Assembly: GCA_963753345.1 (NCBI GenBank)
Contig: CAVWBU010000027.1
Span: forward strand, 192,001 to 256,000
DNA from: an uncultured Fibrobacterota bacterium
GTDB taxonomy: Bacteria; Fibrobacterota; Chitinivibrionia; Chitinivibrionales; FEN-1185
DNA length: 64,000 nucleotides
Reading direction: 5' to 3'
Shown here: positions 8,100 through 20,710 of the stretch, piece by piece
Position numbering within the stretch: position 1 is the stretch's first letter
Layout: each line of letters opens with the position of its first letter
Notes under the pieces: generated by a model
Database searches by the model: none
What the model was told of the DNA's origin: nothing
The model's input: only the letters and a program-made list of their open reading frames with translations
Made by a program: the position numbers and the translations under genes

Positions 8100-11000
8100 A
8101 TGACTGATTCTCCACCCGTCAGCCTGAATCCCGAAAGCGCAGAGTATTTCGAGCACATGCTCGATGTGTTCGCACACATCTCCAACGGCGATTTTTCCAA
8201 GCGTATAGACGTTTCCGCGCTTCCTTACGACCATGTTCTCACCAAGGTGCTGTGCGGCCTCGACATGATGATGGACGACCTCGAGGAGGCGAGGAACAGC
8301 TTAGCCGACATCAGGAAAAACCTCGAGCAACAGGTTGACGAACGCACCTCGGAGCTTGCGAACGCCAACAAGAACCTCACCGCCGAAATCGAACAGCGGA
8401 AAAATGTGGAGGCCGATCTTCGAACCAGCGAGGAGCGTTACCGGCTTCTCGCCGAGTCGGCGCCGGATTTCATTTACATTCTCGACAAAGAAATGCGGCT
8501 TGTGTATGTCAACAGTGCATCATTACGCTTTCTGAAAATTCCCAGGGAAGAGATTCTGGGAAGGCCGGCACGGGAGTTTCTCCCATACTCCGAGGTTGCG
8601 GCTCGAAACATGAGCCTGGCTGATGTGATCGAATCGGGCAGTCCGCTTGCATTCCGCAAGGAGGTGCGTATCCGTGAGGTGCCTCTGTGGCTCGACACGG
8701 TCCTTGTGCCGCTGCAGGACGCCGGCGGCGCGATTACGTCTCTGATGGGCGTTTCGCGCGACATCACCGAGGAGATGAAGGCAAACCAGGCCGTTGCCGA
8801 GAACGAAAAGTTTCTGTCCGATGTTTTCGCCAGCATTCAGGAGGGCATAAGCGTTCTTGACAAAAACCTCACCATCGTGCGCGTGAACCCGAAGATGGAA
8901 GAATGGTATGCTCATGCCCTCCCTATGGCGGGGAAGAAATGTTATGAGGTGTACCACGGACGTTCTGAACCGTGCAGGGTGTGCCCCAGCATCGTTGCCA
9001 TACAAACGCGCAAGGCCGCCCACGAACTGGTTCCATTGCAGGACAAGGACGACAGGGTGAAAGGGTGGCAGGACCTTTATTCGTTTCCGATAATCGACCG
9101 GAAGACCGGCGAGGTCAAGGGCGTCATCGAACACGTGCGCGATATTACGGAGCGCAAGTCGGCCGAAGAGAAGCTGCGGCAGAGCGAGGAGAGGTTCAGA
9201 ACCCTCGCCGAAACCGCCGGCACGGGAATATTTATCGTCAAGAACTCGAAGTTCTCCTATGTCAACTCCTACATCGAGAAAGGCACCGGGTACTCGCGCG
9301 AAGAACTGCTCGCCATGAGCTTCTGGGAAATAGTGCATCCCGATTTCAGGGACCTGGTGCGCGAGCGCTACAGGACGCGGATGCGGGGCGAGCAGGTGGA
9401 TGCGGAATATGAATTTAAATATGTCAGGAAAGACGGCAGCGAGGGATGGGTGGTGCACAACGTGGGGCTTATTGAACTCGAAGGGGGACCGGCGATCATC
9501 GGGACGCTGCAGGAGATAACGGAACGCAAGAGGATTGCCGATGTTCTCGAAGCCGAGAAGGAATTGCTTGCGGTGACCATGGAAAGCATCGGGGACGGCG
9601 TCATTTCGGTCGACACGGAAGGCACGGTCCTTTCGATCAACAAAAATGCCGCGGCACTTGCGTGCGATCATGCGGAGGACGCTGTGGGCAGGCACGTGGA
9701 CGAAATCGTGTGCTTCATCGACGATGCCGCTAGGGAGCCGCGGCAGGGCATCATTCGCGAAATGATTAAGAAGCACGGCGTTCGGCGCTTCGAGCGCACG
9801 GTGATGATCCGCACCGGGCACAACGCCATAAGGCTCGTCGAGCTTTCGGTATCGCCCATCGAAACTGAAAACGGCATCAAGCTCGGCATGGTGCTCGTGT
9901 TCCGCGACGTCACCGAGAAACAGAAACTGGAGGCGGACCTTCAGACGGCGCGAAAGCTGGAATCTCTCGGCGTGCTCGCCGGGGGCATAGCGCACGACTT
10001 CAACAACATCCTCACCGGAATCATCACCAACCTGTTTATGGCAAAGGCGAAAGTGAAAGCGGACGCCGAAACCTTCGAGCTGCTTGCCGAGGCCGAAAAG
10101 GCTTCCTTCAAGGCAAGTAAACTGGTAAAGCAGCTCATCACGTTTTCGAAGGGAGGCACGCCGGTAACGGAGGCGTTCTCGTTGAAAGGCGTGATCGAAG
10201 AATCCGCAGGGTTCTGTCTTTCCGGTTCCAACGTCAAATACACGCTCAAAATTCCGTCGGACCTGTGGCTTGTGGAAGGCGACAAGGGCCAGATAGAGCA
10301 GGTTCTCAACAACCTCATCATCAATGCCGACCAGGCAATGCCCGGCGGCGGCACGCTAACCATTGCGGCCGAAAACACCGCGCTGTCGCAGGACAGGAAG
10401 GGAGACAAGGGTCTGCTCGCGATCCTTCCGGAGGGCAGGTACGTAAAGGTGTCGGTCGCCGATGAAGGACCGGGAATCCCCAGCGAAAACCTGAAAAAGA
10501 TTTTCGATCCCTATTTCAGCACAAAACCCAACGGCACCGGCCTTGGGCTCACCATTGCCTACTCTATTGTCAAGAACCATAAGGGGACGGTTACGGTTGA
10601 TTCACAACAGGGAAAAGGCGCCGTGTTTTCGTTCCTTCTTCCCGCGGCACGGGATGAGGAAAAAACGGCGGCTCAACCCTCGCGCGGCGCATCCTCCGCA
10701 ACCAGGGCGCTTCGCGTACTGGTGATGGACGATGATGCTGCGGTGAGAACCGTGGTGACCCAGCTTCTCAAGACTTCGGGATACGCGGTTTCCTGCGCGT
10801 CAACCGGAGAAGAAACAATCGCCCTGTACGAACGCGCCATGGCGTCGCAGACCCCCTACGACATCGTGGTGATGGACCTCACCATACCGGGCGGCATGGG
10901 CGGAAAGGAAACCGTTGAAAAACTCCTTGTGATCGATCCCAGGGCGAAGGTGATCGTGTCCAGCGGCTATTCCAACGATCCTATTATGGCCAATTACCGG

Positions 11001-11122
11001 GACTATGGATTCTGCGGCGTAGTGGCCAAACCATTCAACATCGACGACTTCTTAAGCGTAATTCGAAAAAGCATAGGCGGCAAGTCCGGCAAACGCGCGC
11101 CGGGCGGGAAAAGGGCAACGTT

Positions 11123-11126
<4 letters not shown>
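8100..11126 (+). CDS. Cytoplasmic hybrid histidine kinase (HAMP-like, about 4 PAS domains, HisKA, HATPase, REC)
   Basis: Repeated PAS/PAC ends (RDITE), GIAHDFNNIL, NLIINA, FDPYFSTK.GTGLGL, receiver VMDDD..DIVVMD; no TM segment. Confidence 0.93.
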
Positions 11127-13054
<1,928 letters not shown>

Positions 13055-13090
13055 CATTCGGGGCCGCGCAGCAGAAATTCTTTTCCTCGC

Positions 13091-13120
13091 TTGCACGCGC
13101 CCGTCGGGATCAAATATTTT
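13091..13120 (+). promoter_or_regulatory. Putative sigma70-type promoter of tRNA-Pro
   Basis: TTGCAC-N18-TATTTT ending 13 nt upstream of the tRNA. Confidence 0.5.
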
Positions 13121-13133
13121 TAGACATTAAAAC

Positions 13134-13208
13134 CGGAGTGTGGCCCAGCCTGGTTAGGGCACTTGGTTCGGGACCAAGTTGTCGGAGGTTCAAATCCTCT
13201 CACTCCGA
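13134..13208 (+). tRNA. tRNA-Pro (anticodon CGG), CCA not encoded
   Basis: Acceptor stem CGGAGTG/CACTCCG plus discriminator A, D-arm GCCC..TGGTTA..GGGC, anticodon stem CTTGG/CCAAG around TT-CGG-GA, T-loop GGTTCAAATCC. Confidence 0.96.
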
Positions 13209-13312
13209 TTTTTCCCTTCCCGGTTCTTCTTCCCCTATGTCACCAGGGTTCGCGCGGCGCCGGGCGATAGTCCGGCGCTGCCGGCGCAATAGCAAAGAAG
13301 CCATTCTCGCGT

Positions 13313-14629
13313 ATGGAAAAACTCCGTTTTTTCGGAGACATCGCCGACAGAACCTTCGACAACGGGCTCAAGGCAATCTGCCTCAAAAAACCCGGCGCGC
13401 CCGTGGTGTCGGTCCAGGTGTGGTACAAGACGGGCAGCGCCAACGAGCGTGACGGCATCAGGGGAATCTCGCATTTCTTCGAGCACATGATGTTCCGGGG
13501 CTCCAAGAACGTCGGCCCGGAGGAGCATGCGCGCCGCATCAACGACGTGGGCGGGCATTACAACGCCTTCACCGCGGAAGATGTCACCGCGTATCTCAAC
13601 GCCGTGCCCCGCGAACACCTCGACATGGTGCTCTCCCTTGAATCCGACCGCATGAACGACCTTGTCATCAACGACAAGGTGCTGGAGACCGAGCGCAAGG
13701 TGATTGCCGAGGAATTCCAGACCTACATGAACAATCCGCTCACCAAGGCGTTCCTCGAATTCCGGAAGGAATTCTTTAAAGGCCGTGCGTACGAGTATTC
13801 GGCGCTGGGACGGATGGAAGACATCCGGACGGTTTCGGTAGGCGACTGCATGGACTATTACCGGCGATGGTATGCGCCCGACAACGCCCTGATCGTCGTG
13901 GTGGGAGATATTGACAGCTGCGAATCTGTTTTCGACAGGATCAACCGCTGCTTCGGGAGCCGTCCGGCGTGCGGCGCGGATTTTTCGGCGCCTGCCGCCG
14001 AACCGCCGGCCCGCCGTCCGCTCTGGATGAAACGAGACGTGGACTTCGACGTGCCCATATGCATTGTGGGTTACCCGGCGCCTCCCGCGTCCGACCCGGA
14101 CGCCCTGCCGCTCGAAATCCTCCAGCTCGTTGTCTCGCAGGGGGAATCGTCGCGGATGCACCGGGAAATCGTGCGGCGCAGGTCGCTCGCGGTGATGGCG
14201 GGAGGAATGAACCAGAGCCTCAAGCGTGCGGGCATGTCCCTTTTCTTCGCCGTTTTCACCCCGAACGTTTCGCAGCGGCGCGTGGAGGATGCCATAATTT
14301 CACAGGTTGAGGCCGTGAGAACCGGCGGAATTTCCCCTTTGGAAATGGAAAAGGTGAAGAACACGGTATTGACAAACAGGGTTTACGAGCTGTATTCGGC
14401 CGACCACATCTGCCAGAAACTTGCCTATGCCGAAGCCATAGAAGGCGACTACCGGCACTGGGTGCGGCGGCTTTCCGAGCTTGAGTCGCTCGATGTCAAT
14501 GCCTTGAAAGACGCCGCAGTTCGCAATTGGGACGAAAGTACCCGCCATACCCTTTATCTCAAGCCGAAGAAGGTGAATCCGCTGCTGTTTGCAGTCGGAC
14601 TTGCAAGAAAATTGGCGCCCCGGCGGTAA
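13313..14629 (+). CDS. M16 zinc peptidase, catalytic subunit
   Basis: HFFEH inverted zincin motif, NAFT, ERKVIAEE. Confidence 0.92.
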   Translation: MEKLRFFGDIADRTFDNGLKAICLKKPGAPVVSVQVWYKTGSANERDGIRGISHFFEHMMFRGSKNVGPEEHARRINDVGGHYNAFTAEDVTAYLNAVPREHLDMVLSLESDRMNDLVINDKVLETERKVIAEEFQTYMNNPLTKAFLEFRKEFFKGRAYEYSALGRMEDIRTVSVGDCMDYYRRWYAPDNALIVVVGDIDSCESVFDRINRCFGSRPACGADFSAPAAEPPARRPLWMKRDVDFDVPICIVGYPAPPASDPDALPLEILQLVVSQGESSRMHREIVRRRSLAVMAGGMNQSLKRAGMSLFFAVFTPNVSQRRVEDAIISQVEAVRTGGISPLEMEKVKNTVLTNRVYELYSADHICQKLAYAEAIEGDYRHWVRRLSELESLDVNALKDAAVRNWDESTRHTLYLKPKKVNPLLFAVGLARKLAPRR

Positions 14630-14660
14630 CGGATCACCCTGCACGCGGGCGACGGACACT

Positions 14661-15986
14661 ATGGAAACGACATCATACAAATTTCCTCCAATCGTCCAGG
14701 AGACCTTGGATAACGGCCTTGAGCTGCTCCTTGTGGAAGACCACGCGCAGGAGGGCGTCACGCTTGCGCTCCAGATGCCCTTTGGCGAATTCTCCGATCC
14801 GGTGTTGCGCGAAGGAACAACCGAAGCAGCCATCGGCATGATGCTCAAAGGGCCGGCGTCGCTTAGCCCTGAGGAATTCTCCCAGGAACTGGAGCAGGCA
14901 GGCGCCAGCCTGTTTACCGATGCGGGTGACGAGCACTGCGTTTTCGGGTGCAAAATGCTTGCACGCGCAGCAGACCGGATTATCCCGCTCTTCCGGGACA
15001 TGATATGCGGCCCGGGGTTTCGGCCCAAAGAACTGACCCGCATCAAGCGGGAGATGACCACCGGCCTCAAGGCCGAGCTTGCCGACCCCGCGTCAATTGC
15101 GAACAGGCATTTCGGCGCCGTGCTGTGCGGCACCGGACATCCGGTGGGCAGGGTGCAGACCGTGCGGTCGGTCGGCAAGATCGGCATCCGGCATGTCAAG
15201 GATTGGTACGATTCGTACGTTTCGTCGCAGAGCGGACTGCTGGTTGTCGCGGGGGATTTCTCCGCGACCGCGATGCTCTCGACGTTGCGGGGGCTTTTCG
15301 GACCCTGGAAAAAAGGCCGCAGCAATGAGCCGGTCGCGGCAGGGCCGATCGCCGCGCTTGCCGAAAACAGGATCCGTCTTGTTGACAAGAAAGACCTCAC
15401 CCAGGTGTCGCTCATTCTGGGACATCCGTCGGCAAGCGAGCTCGATCCGCTGCGCAACGAGGTCGCGCTTGCCAATTACGTGCTCGGCGGGGGAAATTTC
15501 TCATCGAGACTCATGGCGCACATCCGCTCGCGTGAGGGCAAGACGTACGGCATTTCGTCGCAGCTGTCGTGCAGCAGGCGCTACGGCATTTTTTCAATCG
15601 CCACGTCCACGCAGAACAGCCAGGCAAAGGAAATGCTTGCGTCGATCGTCGAGGTGTACCGTACGTTCGGGGACAAGGGCATCACGCAGGAGGAACTCGA
15701 CAAGGCTAAGCAGTTCGCCATGGGCAACATGGCGTTCCAGCTCGAGGGGATAGTGAATGTCGCGGAGAAAATCCTGTGGCTCAAACAATTCGGAAGAGAT
15801 TTGTCATACATCGAACGGTTCAACGACCGTATCGCCTCGATCACCCTGGAGTCGGTGAATCGCGCCATAGGCGAGCACCTTTCTTCAAAGGCATTTGCCG
15901 TGGTCGCAGTCGGCAGGAAGGATGAAATCGGCCCGGTGCTCGCGGAGTTCGGCACGGTCGAAACCGTGGATTTCCGGTCCCTGTGA
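14661..15986 (+). CDS. M16 peptidase, non-catalytic partner subunit
   Basis: M16 patterns (LGGGNFSSRL..IR.REG.TY) but no HxxEH; adjacent to the active subunit. Confidence 0.88.
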   Translation: METTSYKFPPIVQETLDNGLELLLVEDHAQEGVTLALQMPFGEFSDPVLREGTTEAAIGMMLKGPASLSPEEFSQELEQAGASLFTDAGDEHCVFGCKMLARAADRIIPLFRDMICGPGFRPKELTRIKREMTTGLKAELADPASIANRHFGAVLCGTGHPVGRVQTVRSVGKIGIRHVKDWYDSYVSSQSGLLVVAGDFSATAMLSTLRGLFGPWKKGRSNEPVAAGPIAALAENRIRLVDKKDLTQVSLILGHPSASELDPLRNEVALANYVLGGGNFSSRLMAHIRSREGKTYGISSQLSCSRRYGIFSIATSTQNSQAKEMLASIVEVYRTFGDKGITQEELDKAKQFAMGNMAFQLEGIVNVAEKILWLKQFGRDLSYIERFNDRIASITLESVNRAIGEHLSSKAFAVVAVGRKDEIGPVLAEFGTVETVDFRSL

Positions 15987-15993
15987 ATGTGCC

Positions 15994-16017
15994 CCTGCCT
16001 GGCCGGGCAGGTTGTTT
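15994..16017 (+). terminator. Possible intrinsic terminator after the M16 pair
   Basis: CCTGCC..GGCAGG stem followed by TTGTTT. Confidence 0.35.
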
Positions 16018-16089
16018 CCGGACGATGCGGTGTTCCGCCGATGCCGGTATGCGTTGCCACAATTTCGGCACCCGATCTATTTTAGACAA

Positions 16090-16611
16090 ATGGTTACCGT
16101 GTTCCTCAGCCTTGGCTCAAATCTCGGTAACAGGCGCCGGAACATGTGGCAGATGAGAAACCGCGTTTCCCGTTTTCTTGACAAGCCGGTAAAAGTTTCT
16201 CGGTTGATGGAAACGGAACCCGTGGGCATTCACACACGGCAGCCGTGGTATCTCAATTGCGTGATGTCCGGAAGATTCGCCGGCACGGCCGAGGAGCTGC
16301 TGGCAGAATGCCGGGTAATAGAGAACGACCTCGGCCGCACAAGAGAAACGCACTTCGCGCCCCGGACCGCCGACATCGATGTTCTCATGTTTGACGGCGT
16401 TAGGATTCGCAGGAGCAATCTGGTTGTGCCGCATCCCCGCATGCTCCGGAGGCGGTTCTGCCTGGAAGGGCTGCGCGACATTGCTCCGCGCACGACGATC
16501 CCTGGCGCAGGCCGCACATGCTCGCAGATGCTCGAAAGGATGACGGCAAAGGTGAAGGCGCAGAAAATCGGTTTTATTGCGTGGCGGGAATCTAGGTCAG
16601 GAAAAGGATAA
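16090..16611 (+). CDS. folK: 2-amino-4-hydroxy-6-hydroxymethyldihydropteridine diphosphokinase
   Basis: LSLGSNLG, ETEP, YLN, PRTADIDVL, PHPRM..R.F. Confidence 0.95.
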   Translation: MVTVFLSLGSNLGNRRRNMWQMRNRVSRFLDKPVKVSRLMETEPVGIHTRQPWYLNCVMSGRFAGTAEELLAECRVIENDLGRTRETHFAPRTADIDVLMFDGVRIRRSNLVVPHPRMLRRRFCLEGLRDIAPRTTIPGAGRTCSQMLERMTAKVKAQKIGFIAWRESRSGKG

Positions 16612-16615
16612 TGTC

Positions 16616-17326
16616 ATGGCAGTCAAAGCGGCACCGCGTCTTCCCCGGAACGTGCGGCACCTTGCCGTTGAAGGCGTGCTCGGCGTGGGCAAGACCGCGC
16701 TGTGCAACCTTCTGAGCCAGCGGCTCGGCGCCCGTCTTGTTCTTGAAGAGGGCGAGGAGAACCCTTTTTTGCCGAAATTCTACAAGAGCAGAAAATCCTT
16801 TGCTTTCCAGACGCAACTGTGGTTTCTCCTGTCGCGCTACCGGCAGCTCTCGGAGGCGTTTACGCAGCTCGACCTGTTCCAGGAGATCACGATCCTGGAT
16901 TACATGTTTGCAAAAGACAGGATATTCGCGAGCATCAATCTTGACGACAACGAGCTCGCGCTGTACAACCGGATCGCTTCGATTCTCGAGCACAGCGTGC
17001 CGGGCCCGGACTATGTGGTGTACCTGCAGGCTTCCACCGACGTGCTTGTCAAGCGCATCGAAAAACGCGGAAGGACGTTTGAGTCATCGGTAGAAAAGGG
17101 CTACATCGACCTTCTCAACCAGGCATACAACCATTATTTCTTTCACTACACCGATTCCCCGCTGCTCATCATCAACACCAACAAGATCGACTTCGTCGAA
17201 TATGAGGGCGACCTCGACGAAGTGGTCAAGGAAATATGCAAGGCGGCACCGGGCAGCAACTATTATCAGCCGCCCGATTCAAAGACGCGCACCTTTTTCG
17301 ACAACAGGAAAAGGGAAGAGAAATAG
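16616..17326 (+). CDS. Deoxynucleoside kinase
   Basis: VEGVLGVGKT P-loop, ENPFL..FY, Q.WFLLSR, RIEKRGR; usual position after folK. Confidence 0.92.
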   Translation: MAVKAAPRLPRNVRHLAVEGVLGVGKTALCNLLSQRLGARLVLEEGEENPFLPKFYKSRKSFAFQTQLWFLLSRYRQLSEAFTQLDLFQEITILDYMFAKDRIFASINLDDNELALYNRIASILEHSVPGPDYVVYLQASTDVLVKRIEKRGRTFESSVEKGYIDLLNQAYNHYFFHYTDSPLLIINTNKIDFVEYEGDLDEVVKEICKAAPGSNYYQPPDSKTRTFFDNRKREEK

Positions 17327-17405
17327 GAGCGCCGGATTCCGGTCTTGATACAGCACGTGTTTTCCGTACGTTCCCCTTGTCAAACAATCCGGATGCATGC
17401 TTCCC

Positions 17406-18263
17406 ATGAAAATCGTTGCCAGTCCTTCGGAAATGAAAAACCTCTCGACCACGTACCGGAAGGCAGGGAAGACCGTGGGCCTGGTGCCGACCATGGGCGC
17501 GCTGCACGACGGGCATGCGTCGCTCATTGCGGAAGCCCGCCGTCGGTGCGACGTAGTGGTGACGAGCATTTTCGTCAACCCCATTCAATTCGGTCCCGCC
17601 GAAGATTTTTCGAAATACCCGCGGCCGTTTGGTGCCGATTGCAGGAAGGCGGAAGAGAGCGGATCCGACGCGGTGTTTGCTCCCGCCGCCGGCGCAATAT
17701 ACCCGGACGATTTTTCCACCTTTGTCAATGTCGAAAGGATTACCGATACCCTGTGCGGGGCGAGCAGGCCGGGACATTTCAAAGGTGTTGCGACCGTGGT
17801 GCTCAAGTTCTTCAACATCGTTTCCCCGCACGTTGCGGTGTTCGGCCAGAAGGACGCGCAGCAGTGTCTTGTGATCAGGCGCATGGTGCGCGACCTCGAC
17901 TGCCCGGTGCGGCTTGTGTTCGCGCCCACCGTGCGGGAACAGGACGGCCTGGCCATGAGTTCGCGGAATTCGTATCTCTCACCGGAGGAACGCAGCGCAG
18001 CGCCGCTCATTCACAAAGGGCTTTCGGCGGCGGCGCTGCTGTACGGGTCTGGCGAACGCACCGCGAAAACGCTGAACGAGGCTATCGCACGAGCCGTTCG
18101 CGGTTCCGCGCTGCTTTCCGTTGAGTACATCGAAATCGTGGACATGGAAACCCTGGCGCCAATGCCGCAGCTTTCGGCGCCCGCACTTGCCGCTGTTGCG
18201 GCAAGGACCGCCGAAACAGGCACAAGGCTTATCGACAACGTCGTCTTAGGAGGAACATTTTGA
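17406..18263 (+). CDS. panC: Pantoate--beta-alanine ligase
   Basis: PTMGALHDGH, SIFVNP.QF, RPGHF.GV, FGQKD.QQ, GLAMSSRN, RLIDN. Confidence 0.97.
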   Translation: MKIVASPSEMKNLSTTYRKAGKTVGLVPTMGALHDGHASLIAEARRRCDVVVTSIFVNPIQFGPAEDFSKYPRPFGADCRKAEESGSDAVFAPAAGAIYPDDFSTFVNVERITDTLCGASRPGHFKGVATVVLKFFNIVSPHVAVFGQKDAQQCLVIRRMVRDLDCPVRLVFAPTVREQDGLAMSSRNSYLSPEERSAAPLIHKGLSAAALLYGSGERTAKTLNEAIARAVRGSALLSVEYIEIVDMETLAPMPQLSAPALAAVAARTAETGTRLIDNVVLGGTF

Positions 18264-19555
18264 AAAACGCTTCCGCGCCGTCGGCTCCGGTCATCTTCAA
18301 TCTGTTCCCCCGCTATTACTCTTCCATCGACGAGTGGAACGCGGAAATTCCCCATGCTTCGGACATGGGGTTCAACTGGATTTACGTAAACCCTTTCCAC
18401 GCGACAGGCTTTTCGGGCAGCCTCTACGCGATAAAGAACTACTACCAGCTCAATCCGCTGTTTGTCAAGAAAGGCCGCGACACCTCGGACTGGCGGCCGC
18501 TCAAGAAATTCGTGGCCGCGTGCAACGATGCTTCGGTCGCCGTCATGATGGACCTGGTGGTCAATCACACGGCCTTCGATTCGGTGCTTGTCAAGACAAA
18601 CCCCGGGTGGTACAAGCGCGACGAGCAGGGCAGGCTTATCAGTCCGCACGCTATTGATCCGGCCGATGCCTCCAAGGTGACGGTGTGGGGCGATCTTGCG
18701 GAGATCGACAATCTCGAAAGTAAAGACCGGAAAGGCCTGTGGGAATACTGGAACAAGCTTGTGTTGCATTTTCAGGAGATGGGGATCCGTGGTTTCCGCT
18801 GCGATGCGGCGTATCAGGTGCCGGCCGCTCTATGGAAATACCTCATTGGGTCCGCTAAAAAGCGTTACCCGCGCACCATTTTCCTCGCCGAAACGCTCGG
18901 ATGCACCATGGAGCAGATCGCGGCGCTCAAGGGAACCGGATTCGACTATCTGTTCAATTCGTCGAAGTACTGGGACTTTGACAAACCGTGGTGCCTCGAA
19001 CAGCACGAAGGGAACAGGAAAGTCGCGCCGTCGATAAGCTTTCCGGAATCCCACGACACCGAAAGGCTCGCCGGCGCTGAACCGGGCACTGTCGCCGTCC
19101 AGAAAATGCGTTATGCTTTTGCCTCGATTTTTTCCGAAGGGCTTCTTATGCTGGAAGGGTACGAATTCGGCGCGAAGCGCAAGACCGATGTGGTGAAAGG
19201 CACTCCCAAGGACTTCGAACCCCCGCTGTGGGACCTGACCGCCTGGATAAAGGAAATGAACGGACGGAAACGGATGACGCCGGTGTTGTGCGAGGAAGGC
19301 AGTTGGACCGCTCTCACCGATTACGAAAGGGACTTCATATTTCTCCTGAAGCGGTCAAACAAGACGGCTGATCCAGTCCTCGTATGTGTCAACAAGCTGA
19401 TGGACAGCGAGCTTGCCGTGGAACCGCAGAATCTTCCGGAGGAATACGCATTGTGCACAACCATGATCCGACCGCTTTCAAGTCCGCTCAAGGAATGTGT
19501 CCTGCCGCGCAAACTCAGCCTCGGTCCGGCGGAGATCGTATTCTTCAAGCTCTAG
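18260..19555 (+). CDS. GH13 alpha-amylase family enzyme
   Basis: DLVVNH, GFRCDAA (nucleophile), LAE (acid/base), SHD; TTG start overlaps the panC stop. Confidence 0.9.
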   Translation: MKNASAPSAPVIFNLFPRYYSSIDEWNAEIPHASDMGFNWIYVNPFHATGFSGSLYAIKNYYQLNPLFVKKGRDTSDWRPLKKFVAACNDASVAVMMDLVVNHTAFDSVLVKTNPGWYKRDEQGRLISPHAIDPADASKVTVWGDLAEIDNLESKDRKGLWEYWNKLVLHFQEMGIRGFRCDAAYQVPAALWKYLIGSAKKRYPRTIFLAETLGCTMEQIAALKGTGFDYLFNSSKYWDFDKPWCLEQHEGNRKVAPSISFPESHDTERLAGAEPGTVAVQKMRYAFASIFSEGLLMLEGYEFGAKRKTDVVKGTPKDFEPPLWDLTAWIKEMNGRKRMTPVLCEEGSWTALTDYERDFIFLLKRSNKTADPVLVCVNKLMDSELAVEPQNLPEEYALCTTMIRPLSSPLKECVLPRKLSLGPAEIVFFKL

Positions 19556-19567
19556 CGCGACATAGGA

Positions 19568-20101
19568 TCACTTGACAATCACGCTTCCCAGAGGAACCTT
19601 GACCAGAAGAACCAGGGTGTCACCCTGGTTGCGCGTGCACATTGTTGACGAATACGTGATTGCGCCGGCGATGTTTTGTCCGAACGTGCCGGCGCGTCCG
19701 AGCGACCTTGTCCTAAGGTAAAGCGCCCATCTCTTTGCGTCGTACTGCGCGGCCATGGTGCGGCCCGCTTCCTGGGCCGCCTGCGGATGCGACCGGTTGA
19801 ACGTTCCTTTGCCTGCCGTGAGGAAACAGCTAGACGCCGAATCGAAAGCGGCCTTGGCGAGCGCCTGCGTCGCATTGCCGTTGCCGGGATCGGCGCGAAC
19901 CCGGTCTTCCAGAGCCTCAACAATCCCCAGAATCGAATCGCACGCCGCGGAATTATTCAAAGCGATGGACTTCTCGACACGCTGCGTTTCGGACGATGGA
20001 AGCGGCTTTTTATCTGAAGCGGGCGATGCGTGTTCCCTGCACGAGGAAACAACGAGAACCACAAAGAAGAAAACGCCGATTGCGGCGACGTAACGTTTCA
20101 T
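19568..20101 (-). CDS. Hypothetical lipoprotein, possibly LPP20/FlgP-like
   Basis: Signal peptide with lipobox VSSC; the TAGKG...AA.YDAKR pattern is only weakly LPP20-like. Confidence 0.55.
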   Translation of the reverse strand: MKRYVAAIGVFFFVVLVVSSCREHASPASDKKPLPSSETQRVEKSIALNNSAACDSILGIVEALEDRVRADPGNGNATQALAKAAFDSASSCFLTAGKGTFNRSHPQAAQEAGRTMAAQYDAKRWALYLRTRSLGRAGTFGQNIAGAITYSSTMCTRNQGDTLVLLVKVPLGSVIVK

Positions 20102-20188
20102 GGTATTTTATTCCGTGTTCGGCTGCAAGCCGCTCACGACAAAATAGTTTCCTTTGGTCACGACAGCAAACAACGAATGTCGCCCGTC

Positions 20189-20710
20189 ATGCCTGAGAAA
20201 AAGAAAGCCCTCTTCCTGGACCGCGACGGGATCATCAACGAAGACAGCGACTACCCGCACAAGCCCGAGCACATTGTTTTCAATCCTTTCATATTCGAAT
20301 TCTGCCGAGCGGCGCTTGCAAGGGGATACATAATCGTCGTCGTCACCAACCAGGCCGGCGTTGCCAAGGGAAAATTTACCGAAGCCGATGTGCAGGCGCT
20401 TCACCAATGGATGGGGGAGCGTTTTGCGGAACACGGGATTCGCGTGGCCGGTTTCTATTATTGCCCCTTTCACAAGGACGCTACCGTGGCCGCCTACCGC
20501 AAGGAGTCCGATTGCAGGAAGCCCGGGCCGGGAATGCTTCTTGACGCGGCCCGCGATCTCAACATCGATTTGTCGGCTTCGGTAATGATCGGCGACAAGC
20601 AGTCGGACCGAATCCGTTGGCCCGCGCTGAAATCGTACGTTGTGAAGAGCAGGTATTCCGGGGCGAATTTCGATTTTGAATCTCTCGAACAGGCGACCTC
20701 GGTCCTTTAA
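20189..20710 (+). CDS. gmhB: D,D-heptose 1,7-bisphosphate phosphatase-like HAD phosphatase
   Basis: FLDRDGIIN, VTNQAG, CPFH..CRKP.PGM, MIGDK.SD; alternative start at 20177. Confidence 0.88.
   Translation: MPEKKKALFLDRDGIINEDSDYPHKPEHIVFNPFIFEFCRAALARGYIIVVVTNQAGVAKGKFTEADVQALHQWMGERFAEHGIRVAGFYYCPFHKDATVAAYRKESDCRKPGPGMLLDAARDLNIDLSASVMIGDKQSDRIRWPALKSYVVKSRYSGANFDFESLEQATSVL

Noticed and set aside
13134..13320. Integrated element at tRNA-Pro
   Set aside because: No integrase nearby and no duplicated tRNA 3' end was seen; the flanking genes look like ordinary chromosomal genes.
13313..15986. Inactive M16 subunit as a novelty or RiPP-processing system
   Set aside because: Active/inactive M16B gene pairs are well known and no precursor peptide or modifying enzyme is adjacent.
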